Source: an uncultured Dehalococcoidia bacterium (GTDB lineage: Bacteria > Chloroflexota > Dehalococcoidia > SM23-28-2). Taken from it: DNA of 64,000 bases. This document shows positions 46,586 through 56,718 of this stretch, piece after piece (position 1 is the first letter of the stretch; every line of letters starts with the position of its first letter). A program made the position numbers and the translations under genes. The stretch covers positions 32,392 to 96,391 of the forward strand of contig CAZEJO010000002.1 of the NCBI GenBank assembly GCA_964512285.1. Reading direction: 5' to 3'. A model generated the notes under the pieces. It made no database searches. It was not told the DNA's origin and was given only the letters and a program-made list of their open reading frames with translations.

Positions 46586-47461
46586 CTAGACCTCCCGCTT
46601 TGCGAAAAATGGCTGAATCTCAGCGTAGCGGAACACAGGACCGTCTCTACAGACGAAAACGGAGCCAAACTGACAGTGCCCGCAGAAACCAACGCCGCAT
46701 CTCATGTTGCGCTCCATGGAGATGAAGATGTTTTCCGGCTCCACACCCCGGTGCTCTAGCTCGCGCACCGTGAAGCGCATCATCACCTCGGGGCCACAGA
46801 CCAGGGCCACTGTCTGGAAGGGGTCAAACTGGACTCTGGGTATGAGCGTTGTCACAACCCCCACATTGCCGCGGTAACTGGCTGGGGCGGTATCCACCGT
46901 GACATCCACTTCAAGGTCTAATTGGCTGCGCCACTGCTCAAGTTCACGTTTGTAGAGCATGTCCTGGAGCGTTCGCGCACCGTAGACGAGGACGATTCTG
47001 CCGTATTTCTCCCGGTTGGAGAGAAGATGGTACAGCGCTGGGCGCAGCGGCGCCAGCCCGATTCCGCCGGTCACGATCACCACGTCGCTTCCGACGGCTT
47101 CCTCAACGGGCCAGTGATTGCCAAACGGACCGCGCACCCCCAGTACCTCCCCACGCTTCAGCTTGCATAGCGCCTGCGTCACTGTCCCGACCGCGCGCAC
47201 CGTGTGCACGAGCGTCTGAGGTTTGCTGGGGTCGCCACTGATGGAGATCGGCACCTCGCCTACTCCGAACGCATAGAGCATGTTGAACTGCCCGGCGGCA
47301 AATGAGAACTCGCCAGCGCCGTTTGCCGGCTCAAGTTCAAGGGTGAACGTATCGTATGTTTCCTTCCGCACCCTTTGAAGGCAAAAGGGGCTTGGCAGCA
47401 TCGGATCGGAGAGGCCAGCCATTATCGCCTGCTTTTCAAGAGCGAACGCCATCATAGACAT
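46586..47461 (-). CDS. hydG: Sulfhydrogenase gamma-like FAD/NAD(P)-binding [2Fe-2S] oxidoreductase (PyrK-like).
   Basis: FAD/NAD-binding region ...[15 protein letters not shown]...; C-terminal [12 protein letters not shown] cluster motif. Start uncertain: the track ORF begins at 47512, while alternative starts at 47461/47422 reduce the overlap with the upstream cNMP gene. Confidence 0.75.
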   Translation of the reverse strand: MSMMAFALEKQAIMAGLSDPMLPSPFCLQRVRKETYDTFTLELEPANGAGEFSFAAGQFNMLYAFGVGEVPISISGDPSKPQTLVHTVRAVGTVTQALCKLKRGEVLGVRGPFGNHWPVEEAVGSDVVIVTGGIGLAPLRPALYHLLSNREKYGRIVLVYGARTLQDMLYKRELEQWRSQLDLEVDVTVDTAPASYRGNVGVVTTLIPRVQFDPFQTVALVCGPEVMMRFTVRELEHRGVEPENIFISMERNMRCGVGFCGHCQFGSVFVCRDGPVFRYAEIQPFFAKREV

Positions 47462-47906
47462 CCAGAAGCTGCAATCGCGTTGCCTGAAGCCGTTTCTCGA
47501 TGACGTGGGCAATACGCTTCATGAGTTCGTAGCCGAGTTCGTGATCTTCTTCGCATTTGCCGCGAAGGCATGTCCCATCGAGAGCAACAGCCCGTGTCAA
47601 TTCAACCGCTCGGGCTTCGAAACGCCAGCGGTACGGCTCAATGAGCCACGACCAGCCCAGAATATCGCCTTCTCCAAGGGTCTGAATGATGACAGCGCCG
47701 CGATTGGGAGCGAACGTCTCCACTGCCACCGTGCCGTGCCGAATGAGATAGAACAGGTTAGCGGGCTCGCCCTCTCGGAAGATAACCTCCCCTGCTTTGA
47801 ACCGTACATTCGATGCACACCCGGTGAGCAGTTGAAGGTGGGACCTTTCCAGATCCTTGAAGAACGGGTGCTCCCCCAGGATACGTTCAGCATTCTCTAT
47901 AGTCAT
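47436..47906 (-). CDS. Stand-alone cyclic-nucleotide-binding (CAP/Crp effector) domain protein, no HTH.
   Basis: [48 protein letters not shown]...[11 protein letters not shown] gives a cNMP-binding beta-barrel. 156 aa, so too short for a DNA-binding domain. Embedded between hydB and hydG. Confidence 0.6.
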   Translation of the reverse strand: MTIENAERILGEHPFFKDLERSHLQLLTGCASNVRFKAGEVIFREGEPANLFYLIRHGTVAVETFAPNRGAVIIQTLGEGDILGWSWLIEPYRWRFEARAVELTRAVALDGTCLRGKCEEDHELGYELMKRIAHVIEKRLQATRLQLLDVYDGVRS

Positions 47907-47925
47907 CGGTCCTTCCCCTTTTTTG

Positions 47926-49065
47926 TTAGCTCTTACCTACGCTCAGCCGGATCGCGTTCACTTCCTCTGTTATGTCGATTCCAACCGGGCACCAGGTGAT
48001 GCAACGCCCGCAACCCACACAACCCGATGTGCCAAATTGGTCGATCCACGTAGCCAATTTGTGCGTCAGCCACTGGCGATAACGGGCCATCGCTGAGGAA
48101 CGGACGCTGCCGCCGTGGATGTACGAGAAGTCCATAGTGAAGCAGGAGTCCCACTTGCGCCAGCGTTCGGCGTGCTCGCCAGTCAGATCGGTGACATCTT
48201 CCACAGTGGTGCAGAAACAGGTCGGACAGACCATCGTGCAGTTGCCGCATGTTAGGCAGCGCTTGGCGACTTCGTCCCAGTGTGGGCTTTCATAGCTGCG
48301 GTACAGCAAGTTCTCGATGTCCCGCGTGTACATCTTCCGGCCCATTTCGCTGGCGGTTTTCGCCACGATACGTTCGGCTGCCGTCTTTTGCTCTTCACTT
48401 GCCGCTTCATGGGGAACCTCACGGAGAACCTCTGCGCCCAGCTCCGTGCCAACCTCCGCTACGAAGTAGTGGCGGCCTGCCTCCAGCACTTCCGTCAGTG
48501 CAAGATCAAACCCGAACTTCGCCTCCGGCCCGGTATTCATGGAAGCGCAAAAACAGGTGCCGCCAGCATGACCACAGTTAACCGCAACTATGAAGAGACC
48601 TTGGCGCCGTGCTTGGTAGAAGGGGTCCCTGTATTCTCCGCTCAAGAAGATTTTGTCCTGAATGGCGATGGCGTGGATCTCACACGGCCGGACGCCGATA
48701 AACGCAGACTTAGGTACTTCCTCATCCTCTTCCATGATCTGGAACCCGTTACCGCCGGGCTTGGCTCGCCACAGGCGCACGATCGGCGGGTGGAGAAACT
48801 TCTTCCAGGAGTCGGGTCCGACGGTGTAGCCAAAGAGTGCCTCATCGTTGCGTCTCTTGAGACGGTAGGTACCACCGTCCTGCTCGTCTGTCCATCCGAC
48901 AGGCAGATCCGCAACGGAGGTTAGATCGTCGTACACGATAGCACGGTCGCGAACTGTTGGCCCCCTGACCCGATAGCCTCTCTTCTCCAGAGTATCAAGC
49001 AACTGCTGGAGATGATCACGCTCCAAAGCGGCCAACTCCCTGCCCTGTGGAGAGAGCCCTGTCAT
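47926..49065 (-). CDS. hydB: Sulfhydrogenase beta-like / AsrA-like iron-sulfur subunit.
   Basis: Two C-rich [4Fe-4S] motifs ([28 protein letters not shown]). Proposed start MTGLS at 49065 with AAGAGGTG RBS; the track ORF starts at 49140. Confidence 0.75.
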   Translation of the reverse strand: MTGLSPQGRELAALERDHLQQLLDTLEKRGYRVRGPTVRDRAIVYDDLTSVADLPVGWTDEQDGGTYRLKRRNDEALFGYTVGPDSWKKFLHPPIVRLWRAKPGGNGFQIMEEDEEVPKSAFIGVRPCEIHAIAIQDKIFLSGEYRDPFYQARRQGLFIVAVNCGHAGGTCFCASMNTGPEAKFGFDLALTEVLEAGRHYFVAEVGTELGAEVLREVPHEAASEEQKTAAERIVAKTASEMGRKMYTRDIENLLYRSYESPHWDEVAKRCLTCGNCTMVCPTCFCTTVEDVTDLTGEHAERWRKWDSCFTMDFSYIHGGSVRSSAMARYRQWLTHKLATWIDQFGTSGCVGCGRCITWCPVGIDITEEVNAIRLSVGKS

Positions 49066-49234
49066 ACTGACGCACCTCTTATCCTGAAGATGAGGCCTGC
49101 ACCTGTGGCAGAGAGCAAGAGCATGGCCCGCAAAAGCCAAGAATGTAGACTACGGACAATTCCTAGCGCCGGTCCCAATAGCTGCATAGCCATCTACAAC
49201 CCTCGCACACCCAGAGGAGAAAAGCGAGGATTCA

Positions 49235-49927
49235 TCACGGCGTATCCTCCAGTCTGAACCAGCCTCTTCTTAGCCCGTAAAGTATAGCCTCCGTACGCGA
49301 ACCAACGCCCAGTTTGTGGAAGATGCTCCCGAGGTGGGCTTGAACCGTGCGCACGCTGAGGCAGAGCCCGTTGGCAATATCCTTGTTGGCCATTCCCTTG
49401 GCGACCAGACGCAGCACTTCCATCTCACGCTCCGTAAGAGACTCGTCCGGCTGCTCCTCGCCAGGCTTGCCCTGGAGCGTCCTGAAGCGATCTATGACCC
49501 TGCGGGCGATCGCCGGATGAAGCACAGACTCGCCGGCGTGCACAGCTCGGATGGCCCCGATCAGTTCGCGAGCACGCACGTTCTTCAGCAAGTAGCCCGC
49601 CGCCCCTGCCTCCAAGAGAGCGAAGATATACTGGTCGCTGTCATAGGCGCTGAGTACGAGAACAGCGATGGCTGGACAGTGAGCTTTGATCTGTCTGGTG
49701 GCTTCGATCCCGTTAAGCTTGGGCATGGCGATGTCCATCAGTACTACGTCCGGTCGCAGCTCCACGGCTAGCTTGGCGGCCTCCTCGCCATCGTCAGCCT
49801 CGCCAATCACCTCCATGTCCCGTTCGCGCTGAATGAGTTCGCGGGTGCCCTCTCGCACTACGACGTGATCGTCAGCAAGCAGAACCCTGATCTCATCCAT
49901 GGGGCGCTCCTCCAGCACCTTAGCCAC
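49235..49927 (-). CDS. NarL/FixJ (LuxR-type HTH) response regulator.
   Basis: [20 protein letters not shown] receiver domain + C-terminal LuxR HTH ([36 protein letters not shown]). Paralog of 55973..56662. Confidence 0.8.
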   Translation of the reverse strand: MAKVLEERPMDEIRVLLADDHVVVREGTRELIQRERDMEVIGEADDGEEAAKLAVELRPDVVLMDIAMPKLNGIEATRQIKAHCPAIAVLVLSAYDSDQYIFALLEAGAAGYLLKNVRARELIGAIRAVHAGESVLHPAIARRVIDRFRTLQGKPGEEQPDESLTEREMEVLRLVAKGMANKDIANGLCLSVRTVQAHLGSIFHKLGVGSRTEAILYGLRRGWFRLEDTP

Positions 49928-50348
49928 TGATCATCATAACCCTCCCTAGGAATTCCTTCAATTAGCAGAACGGCGTAGGCAGAATGGCGTACGCCACTGC
50001 TGAAGGACTGATCGTGGTTGTTTCTGAGCCACTCGAGGGCGGGGCTGCTTTTTGCCCGAGTTGCTGGCGCTGGCGACCATCTTCACCATAGAGGAAGCCG
50101 CGAATTGCCGGTGCTCCGGCCAGCTTCCGCGCTGGCCGCTGCTCTGGAGACAAGCCCTCCGGAGATGGGCGAGCTCAGGCTTGGAGCGCTCACTGCTCGC
50201 GCAAGATGGCAATCGGCCAGTGTTTTGGCTGATGGATGCTGATTCTGTTCTCATGCTTTCCTCGTAGGGCATTTGCTGATTGGAGCTAGGCTTTTCTCCC
50301 GATGAAAGGGGCCGCGCTGGCGTCTACCATGGACTCAGGAGGTGCGAA

Positions 50349-50708
50349 ATGACTACTGCATATCTGCTGGTCAAGGCCAAAGAGGAAGCCCGACAGAACG
50401 GCCTCAGGAGCCAGATGGAGGAGCTGCTGGCGTTGCCCGAGGTCGAATCTGTCCAACCAGTCGAGGGCCTGTACGACTGCGTGGCCCAGGTGGACACTCC
50501 CATGACCACCATCTTCGTGACCCACAAAGTCATGAAGATGGGTTGGGTGGCCAGGGTCCACCTGCTGAGAGTGGCCAAGCAGGTCCTGACAACCGCGGAG
50601 ACCGAACAGGAACGCGCAGCCAGGCTGGCCAAGCAGCGCGAGATCATCGGGCGCCACTGGAGCCATGGACGAACATCCTCGGACGGGCCCGCTGAACGTG
50701 CCGCTTGA
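50349..50708 (+). CDS. Small protein with a stand-alone AsnC/Lrp-type RAM (ligand-binding) domain and one C-terminal ARLAKQREII repeat.
   Basis: MTTAYLLVKAKEE...LALPEVESVQPVEGLYDCVAQVD matches the AsnC C-terminal domain signature. Paralog of 59198..59713. RBS GGAGG. Confidence 0.55.
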   Translation: MTTAYLLVKAKEEARQNGLRSQMEELLALPEVESVQPVEGLYDCVAQVDTPMTTIFVTHKVMKMGWVARVHLLRVAKQVLTTAETEQERAARLAKQREIIGRHWSHGRTSSDGPAERAA

Positions 50709-50931
50709 CGATTCGCTCAGCAAACCTACTGTGCAGCCCAGCAGGCAAACAAACGGCTGCAGACAGAACCTCGAACACCGGAGGTGACGCCTATGCTCAC
50801 GTCACCCCCAGGAGGACCCAGACGATGGCACTGGCCGGGTGCAGAAAAGGGGCCCTAGGGTACAGCGGATGACCGAGGTGTTTACGCCCGAGGGTCAGCC
50901 ATGTGGGGCACAGCGATGGGAGTGGGAATGG

Positions 50932-52293
50932 TCAGGAGTTCCCCTCCGTGGGTCTTCCTTCGCTGACATCTCGAGCGATAACTTGAAAGGCCTTGGGGTG
51001 ACCATCCCTGGTGATCAGGATTGCGCTCAGCCTGAGATGAACCTCCGACCCGTCCTCTTTTTTCAACCCCTGCTCATAAGACCCGCCCAAAGCTTCGCCC
51101 CGCAGTAGCTTGCGTCTCGCCTCTCTGGCCCGCTTGAGGTCCTCTTTGGAAAGGAAGTCCTTGACATTCATACCGATGAGCTTTTCTCGGGAATAGCCGG
51201 TAAGTTCGACACAGGCCCTGTTGACAGCGATGATCTCGCCCTCTAAGTCATGAAATAGGATCGCCTCTGTAGCGTTCTCAAGCAGGCCGCGATAGTTCTC
51301 TTCCGACCGTTGAAGCCAAGCCGCGATTCCTCGCTCCTTCTCATAGAGACGAGCATTCTCAACTGCGATGCCGATGACTCTGCCGCTGGCGCAAAGCAGA
51401 TCTGTTTCCTCGCGGGCAAACCCTCTGGCGTGACGTGTGGCCACGCAAAGCGTCCCCAAGACCTTCCCCTTCGACTCCAAAGGGGCGATAAACTCCGCTA
51501 CAATCTTTTCCTGGGCAATCATCGGCTTCGTAAGCCTGGGATCATGGGAAGCATCTTCTACCACCAGTGGCTCGCCGGTCTGGGCCACTAGTCCATTGAA
51601 GCCCTCGCCAACCTTCATTCTCTTCAGGCTGGCAGCGGTTATTTCAGATATTCCCTGATAAGTTTCGAGCACGAGCTCGTGGCCCCCTTCATCAACCAGG
51701 GATATCAAAACGGCATCCACGTTCGCCACTTCCATTACCTTGCCGGCGGCCAGGTTCAGGATGTCCCGCAGCTCCAGGGACTGGCTGACGATATTGGAGA
51801 TGCCATTGACGGCGGCGAGCTGCCTCTCACTCATCTGGATGACTTCTAGCTGCGCCTGAAGCTGCTGCTGGGCCGCTTGCAGTCTCGAAAGCACCTCTTC
51901 GCGGCGCCCTCTTTCGGCCCGGAGTCGCTCAAAGCCAACGTTGATCACGGCACCCGCAGCGATAACGCCACCCACCTCCACCAGGGCATCGGAGCGATAG
52001 TCGGAGATAGCGAGGGCCCTTGGCAGCATGATGGCGAGAGCCAATGCCGAGGCAGCTAGCCCCGCCCTCATCCCGAACAGGAAGCCGACATAGGTGATGG
52101 GTAGCAGCATGAAGACGCGCTCGATTGCGTGCCGCTCTAGACCCAGCACAGAGCCCGGGTCCTCTATGTGCAGGAAGGGGAGCAACTCATCCGGGTAGTG
52201 CATGGGGATAGCCACTAGGAACATGACCACCGCAACCCAGAGTTCCACGCTCCCCATGGCTTCTGATATCCGGCCTGTGGCCTGCCGCTTCAT
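50932..52293 (-). CDS. Membrane-anchored GAF-PAS sensor protein lacking a kinase domain (truncated paralog of 56719..58725).
   Basis: N-terminal 3-4 TM helices (VELWVAVVMFLVAIPMHYPDELLPFL...), coiled linker, GAF and PAS domains. It ends where the paralog continues into the HisKA_3/HATPase domains. Proposed start MKRQATG at 52293 (RBS GGAGG). The track ORF N-extension is a regulator remnant. Confidence 0.65.
   Translation of the reverse strand: MKRQATGRISEAMGSVELWVAVVMFLVAIPMHYPDELLPFLHIEDPGSVLGLERHAIERVFMLLPITYVGFLFGMRAGLAASALALAIMLPRALAISDYRSDALVEVGGVIAAGAVINVGFERLRAERGRREEVLSRLQAAQQQLQAQLEVIQMSERQLAAVNGISNIVSQSLELRDILNLAAGKVMEVANVDAVLISLVDEGGHELVLETYQGISEITAASLKRMKVGEGFNGLVAQTGEPLVVEDASHDPRLTKPMIAQEKIVAEFIAPLESKGKVLGTLCVATRHARGFAREETDLLCASGRVIGIAVENARLYEKERGIAAWLQRSEENYRGLLENATEAILFHDLEGEIIAVNRACVELTGYSREKLIGMNVKDFLSKEDLKRAREARRKLLRGEALGGSYEQGLKKEDGSEVHLRLSAILITRDGHPKAFQVIARDVSEGRPTEGNS
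51803..52227. repeat. ~430-bp tract nearly identical (about 99% over the first 290 bp, about 95% beyond) to 58235..58659, within the paralogous sensor genes.
   Basis: Direct comparison of the two regions; the identical 183-bp antisense ORFs 51877..52059 and 58309..58491 in the track are a by-product. Confidence 0.85.
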
Positions 52294-52521
52294 GTCCGCC
52301 TCCTCTGGGGATGGGGCCCAGCTGAGGGGTTCCTCAAACTCGTCCTGCAGGCTGAACCAGCCTCCTCCTAGTCCACGAAGTACGGCCTCGCTGCGCGCAC
52401 CTCCAGAACGTCCCCCGTTGCCTATGATAGTCCCCTTTGGTGATCGCTTCAATCGCAGGAATCGCCTAGGGAGAATAGCGGATGCCCCCTTCGGAAAACG
52501 CTGGGCACTCCAGTTTGTCAT
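52294..52521 (-). pseudogene. Remnant C-terminal fragment of a LuxR-type response regulator fused in-frame upstream of the sensor gene.
   Basis: ...SEAVLRGLGGGWFSLQDEFEEP resembles regulator C-termini ([15 protein letters not shown] at 55973; ILYGLRRGWFRLED at 49235). Analogous to the remnant at 58750..58947. Confidence 0.4.
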
Positions 52522-52669
52522 AGGCGTTTGCCCTGGGCAGACCTACGTGCTTTATCGAGGGCGAAATTAGGCCATGCCTCAGATGGCAGATGACGGGCAG
52601 AGCTGTACCTTGAAGCTGGATCGAGGAGGTTAGCCCGAAGAAAGTTCTACGAGAGAGGAGGTTAGCGAG

Positions 52670-52996
52670 ATGACAACGATCGCTTCCAAGGGGTTCGTTT
52701 CCATCTCCGAGGAGTCGGTTCAAGCAGCCCCGGAGTCAGAGACAGCTTGGATCGCCAGGCTGAAGCGGCAGCGGGAGATCATCAAGGCTTACCGTGCCGG
52801 CCTTCCGCGTCCGCCGGGTCCGGAGCCACAGCTTCATTTTGGCCATGCTGGCCCTCCTGGCTGGGAGGAAGCTTGGTTTGCCAGGCTGAAGAGGCAGCGG
52901 CAGATCATCAAGGCTCACTACGAGAAGCGCCGCGCGGCGACGGAGGCTGTCCCTCTTCCAGTGAGGGAACGGCAGGACCTCGCCAAGGCCGCCTAA
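52670..52996 (+). CDS. Small protein consisting only of the tandem AWxARLKRQREIIKAY / AWFARLKRQRQIIKAHY repeats, with a -LAKAA C-terminus (RAM domain absent).
   Basis: C-terminal 75 aa align with the C-terminal half of the 59198..59713 protein (same repeats, same DxAKAA end). RBS GAGAGGAGG. Confidence 0.45.
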   Translation: MTTIASKGFVSISEESVQAAPESETAWIARLKRQREIIKAYRAGLPRPPGPEPQLHFGHAGPPGWEEAWFARLKRQRQIIKAHYEKRRAATEAVPLPVRERQDLAKAA

Positions 52997-53062
52997 AGCT
53001 CATTCGAATGGCCGGGGGCGTGCTACGCAGAAGGCAAGACAGCTGATTACGCAAGGAGCCGA

Positions 53063-54379
53063 TTGAAAGCCATGCAAGGTTCTCGCCTAGGTCCGACGCG
53101 ACATCATCTCTGCTCCTTTTGTGGCAAGAGCGAGGAGCAGGTACGCCACCTTATTGATGGCCCCGGCTCTGTCTACATATGCGACGAGTGCGTCCAGCTT
53201 TGCCAACAGATTCTACAGGAGAAGATGATTCAGCGACCCAGCGCTAGGGTGGCCCTGCAACGGGTGCCGCCCCCTAAGATCATCTATGATCAGCTCGGTG
53301 AGTACGTGGTGGGCCAGGAGCAGGCCAAGAAGGTGCTGTCGGTGGCCGTCTATAGACACTACAAGCGCATCTCCAACAGCGAACGACTCGAGGACATCGA
53401 ACTGGAGAAAAGCAATATCCTGCTTCTGGGCCCCACCGGCTGCGGCAAGACCCTTCTCGCCCGCACCCTGGCCAAGATTCTCGATGCCCCCTTCACCATC
53501 GCCGATGCCACTACCTTGACCGAGGCGGGCTATGTGGGCGAGGACGTGGAGAACATTCTCCTGCCCCTTATCCGGGCGGCAGACTACGATATCACGCGCG
53601 CCGAGCGGGGAATCGTCTACATCGACGAGATCGACAAGATCGCCCGCAAGAGCGGCTACAACCCCTCCATCACCCGCGACGTGTCAGGAGAGGGAGTCCA
53701 GCAGGCGCTGCTGAAGATCATCGAGGGGTATGTGGCCAATGTGCCGCCTCAGGGTGGTCGGAAGCATCCTCAACAGGACTTCATCCAGATCAACACGGCC
53801 AACATCCTCTTCATATGCGGTGGCGCCTTCCTAGAACTGGATGCAATCATCGATAGGCGCGTGGGCGCAAGCAGACGCTCCCTGGGCTTCCGGGCGGGCC
53901 TCGCTCAAGAGGACTCGACTAAGACCCGCGATGAGATCCTCACTCATGTGGCGCCTGATGACCTCTTGGAGTACGGCCTTATCCCCGAGTTCGTGGGACG
54001 CCTGCCGGTGATTGCGCCTCTGCAATCGCTGGACAAGCAGGCCATGATGGCTATCCTTACCGAGCCCAAGAACGCCCTGGTGAAGCAGTTCCAGCGCTTC
54101 TTCGCTCTGGACGGGGTAGAGCTAGTATTCACCGAGGATGCGCTGGAGGCGGCGGCTGAGGAGGCCATGCGGCACAAGATGGGCGCCCGCGGCCTGCGCA
54201 CGGTGGTGGAGGACACCCTGTTGGACGTGACGTACGAGATCCCCTCCCACCCCAACATCAAGAAGTGTGTGGTCAATGCTGAAGCCATACTGGGTCACCG
54301 GAAGCCTATCCTACTTAGCGCTGACGGCCAGGCGGTGGAGCCGTCGGAGGAAGAGGAAGCCCGCGCCGAGACAGCCTAG
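53063..54379 (+). CDS. clpX: ATP-dependent Clp protease ATP-binding subunit ClpX.
   Basis: N-terminal zinc-binding CSFCGK...CDEC, Walker [15 protein letters not shown], pore loop GYVGEDVEN, sensor motifs; 438 aa. Confidence 0.9.
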   Translation: MKAMQGSRLGPTRHHLCSFCGKSEEQVRHLIDGPGSVYICDECVQLCQQILQEKMIQRPSARVALQRVPPPKIIYDQLGEYVVGQEQAKKVLSVAVYRHYKRISNSERLEDIELEKSNILLLGPTGCGKTLLARTLAKILDAPFTIADATTLTEAGYVGEDVENILLPLIRAADYDITRAERGIVYIDEIDKIARKSGYNPSITRDVSGEGVQQALLKIIEGYVANVPPQGGRKHPQQDFIQINTANILFICGGAFLELDAIIDRRVGASRRSLGFRAGLAQEDSTKTRDEILTHVAPDDLLEYGLIPEFVGRLPVIAPLQSLDKQAMMAILTEPKNALVKQFQRFFALDGVELVFTEDALEAAAEEAMRHKMGARGLRTVVEDTLLDVTYEIPSHPNIKKCVVNAEAILGHRKPILLSADGQAVEPSEEEEARAETA

Positions 54380-54623
54380 GCTGGCTCCCCTAGCCATTTA
54401 GCCACCCGCCCTACCACGTAGCTCTGACTCCGCTCAGATCTTGAGGGGATAACCCTACGGCACAGTCGTCAAGTGCTGATTCCAGTAGCTCATAGACCAC
54501 ATCCCTTGCCCCCAGCAATTGTATGCTCGACCGCTGAGCGAACCCCGACAGCCTGTCTGAGAAGCAAGAGGCCGCCCATTCGGCGGCCTTCGCCTTGCAT
54601 GCGTTGTGACTGTTAGTCAGAGA

Positions 54624-54901
54624 TGGAGCGGGAGACGGGGATCGAACCCGCGACAACCTGCTTCGAAGGAAGAAGGTCATCTGATTGGGCAGCGCTAATT
54701 GCTAAGCCCCCAGATTCGAAGATCGGGGTGAAAACGGGGCAAAAGCAGGGTGCAAATGAGCTCTCACCGAAACGGGCGGCAGGTCCTGACCCTGCTCCAT
54801 CGGCAATCGAGCGACCCCATACAGCCCTCGAAGGGATGTCAGGTGCCTTTCGCCGGCTTCCTCGGTTTCGCGTCGAACAATCTAAGCACCCGCGGCTGCC
54901 A
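54624..54901 (-). ncRNA. ssrA: tmRNA-like (ssrA) gene, ~278 nt; atypical, and the tag reading frame is unresolved.
   Basis: Minus strand 5' GCGGGUGCUUAGAUUGUUCGACGCGAAACCGAGG... resembles the tmRNA 5' end / helix 2 (E. coli GGGGCUGAUUCUGGAUUCGACGGGAUUUGCGAAACCCAAGG). 3' end ...GCGGG-UUCGAUC-CCCGU-CUCCCGC-U-CCA is a tRNA-like T-arm + acceptor with encoded CCA. Located next to clpX. Short length, a U-U mismatch, G3-C rather than G3-U in the proposed acceptor, and no clean ...LAA* tag frame lower confidence. Confidence 0.5.
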
Positions 54902-55025
54902 GGCCCATAATGAGGGCGGCTCGCCCTCGCCGCAGGCACGTGGCACGCCAGGAGGCGGTGGCTGGTAGGCCTTGCCGACGCCCTGCATGCGGTTACCCCG
55001 CCGGACATGGTAGTATCTCTCTGAG

Positions 55026-55226
55026 ATGCCGATCTACGAGTACGTCTGCTCCTCATGCGGCTACCGCTTCGAGAAGCTGGTGCGGAGCATTGGTTCCGGA
55101 CAGCCGAAGACGCGTTGCCCCCAGTGTCACAAGGACAACGCGCAACGGGCCGTCTCATCCTTCGCCGTAGGCGGCGGGGCATCGCCGGGCTTGCCAGTCG
55201 AACCTGGCCCAGTTGGCGGCGGTTGA
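55026..55226 (+). CDS. FmdB-family zinc-ribbon regulatory protein.
   Basis: [16 protein letters not shown]...TRCPQCH CxxC...CxxC zinc ribbon typical of the FmdB family; 66 aa. Confidence 0.7.
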   Translation: MPIYEYVCSSCGYRFEKLVRSIGSGQPKTRCPQCHKDNAQRAVSSFAVGGGASPGLPVEPGPVGGG

Positions 55227-55386
55227 AGCCTGACCCGATGCTGATCCCGTGGGGATCGGGTCGCTGGCCAACGCCATGGTGTGCTTCGTGGTGGCGATGG
55301 GTGCGGGTAACAGTGCCAGCCAGGGTGATGCCCAAAGATCTCATAAAGCTTCTGACACTGAAAGGTGCCAAGTGGCGCAGATAGAT

Positions 55387-55659
55387 GTGCGAACGACGCC
55401 TGAGGGTGAAGGCTGGGCCTTCCAGGTGACTGTGTCAGGGGGCGGCGGCCAAACTAGCCACCGCGTCACTATGAGCCGCAACACCTACCAGCAGCTAACC
55501 GGCGAGGTGTGCACTCCAGAGGAACTTGTGCGGAGATCGTTTGAGTTCCTCCTAGAACGCGAGCCTAGGGAATCCATCCTCCGCGAGTTCGAGATCACGG
55601 TCATTTCGCGGTACTTCCCAGACTACGAACGCGAGATCAGCAAACGCATTCGCCCTTGA
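55387..55659 (+). CDS. Hypothetical small protein.
   Basis: Open frame with GTG start; no recognisable motif; weak RBS. Confidence 0.3.
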   Translation: MRTTPEGEGWAFQVTVSGGGGQTSHRVTMSRNTYQQLTGEVCTPEELVRRSFEFLLEREPRESILREFEITVISRYFPDYEREISKRIRP

Positions 55660-55972
55660 CGCTGGTCGAGGCTCCTGCCTCACGGGGCCGCACACTATGT
55701 CTTCTCTGTTATTGATAGGCTGAGCGAAGCGAGCACGGAAAGTACTAGTCCGTGTCTGTGAACTCGAAAGCCTCGAGGCGACGTACTGCGAGGAGGAGAG
55801 CGAGGACAGCGGTGAGTGGTCTTGCGACTTGCCCTGACAGGGCCAAACCTGCAAAGCGTGGCGCTAGGCCTCATCACCTAGAGTGCCACGCAGCGATTCC
55901 TCAAGACAATGGGAACGGATCTGCCCAGCCGATCCCCCTGTTTAACCGTCAGATGACGTAGTAGACTAGTAG

Positions 55973-56662
55973 TTGGAGACAAGGGAGGACTCGATGGAGA
56001 AGATTCGCGTTCTGCTGGCCGAGGACCATGTAGTGGTGCGTGAGGGCACGCGCGAACTGATACAGCAAGAGCAGGATATGGAAGTGGTGGGCGAGGCCGG
56101 GGACGGGGAAGAAGCCATAGAACTGGCCGCCGAGCTTCGCCCAGACGTGGTGATAATGGATATCGCCATGCCCAAGGTCAACGGCATCGAGGCAACCAAG
56201 CGGATCAAGGAACTCTACCCGGCCACCGCCGTATTGATACTGACCGCCTACGATAATGAGCAGTACATCTTTGCCCTTCTTGAGGCGGGGGCGGCAGGGT
56301 ACTTGCTGAAGAATGTGCGCCGCAGCGAGCTCATTGATGCCGTGCGCGCAGTGCGCGCGGGCGAGTCAGTCCTTCATCCCGTGGTAACCCAAAAGGTCCT
56401 AGAGCGGCTCCGGAGCGGTGAAGGTAGGCCAGGTGAAAAGGGAGGGAGTGGATACATCCTCAGTGAACGGGAGATGGAGGTCCTCCGCCTGGCGAGCAAA
56501 GGCATCAGCAACAAGGACATTGCCAGAGAACTTGTGGTTAGCGTGCGGACGGTTCAGGCTCACCTGGGTAATATTTTCAACAAGCTGGGGGTGGGTTCGC
56601 GAACGGAGGCTGTGCTGCACGCGTTGAGACGAGGCTGGTTCAGCCTGGACAAGGAGATCTAA
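55973..56662 (+). CDS. NarL/FixJ (LuxR-type) response regulator, paralog of 49235..49927.
   Basis: [41 protein letters not shown] receiver domain; C-terminal Lux[40 protein letters not shown]. Confidence 0.8.
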   Translation: METREDSMEKIRVLLAEDHVVVREGTRELIQQEQDMEVVGEAGDGEEAIELAAELRPDVVIMDIAMPKVNGIEATKRIKELYPATAVLILTAYDNEQYIFALLEAGAAGYLLKNVRRSELIDAVRAVRAGESVLHPVVTQKVLERLRSGEGRPGEKGGSGYILSEREMEVLRLASKGISNKDIARELVVSVRTVQAHLGNIFNKLGVGSRTEAVLHALRRGWFSLDKEI

Positions 56663-56718
56663 GAAGCTCCCCGGTCATGGCTGGTCTGCCTAAACTGGCT
56701 TGAGTGATCCCCTTCCGC

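Noticed and set aside
54624-54901. Reading 'GCA AUU AGC GCU GCC' (AISAA) as the tmRNA tag.
   Set aside because: The following codon is CAA, not a stop. Accepting it would require assuming a sequence error.
54613-55371. 252-aa minus-strand ORF (and 54411..54680) in the ORF track.
   Set aside because: It overlaps the tmRNA-like element entirely, is Arg/Ser/Pro low-complexity, and has no motif. Treated as a GC-rich spurious frame.
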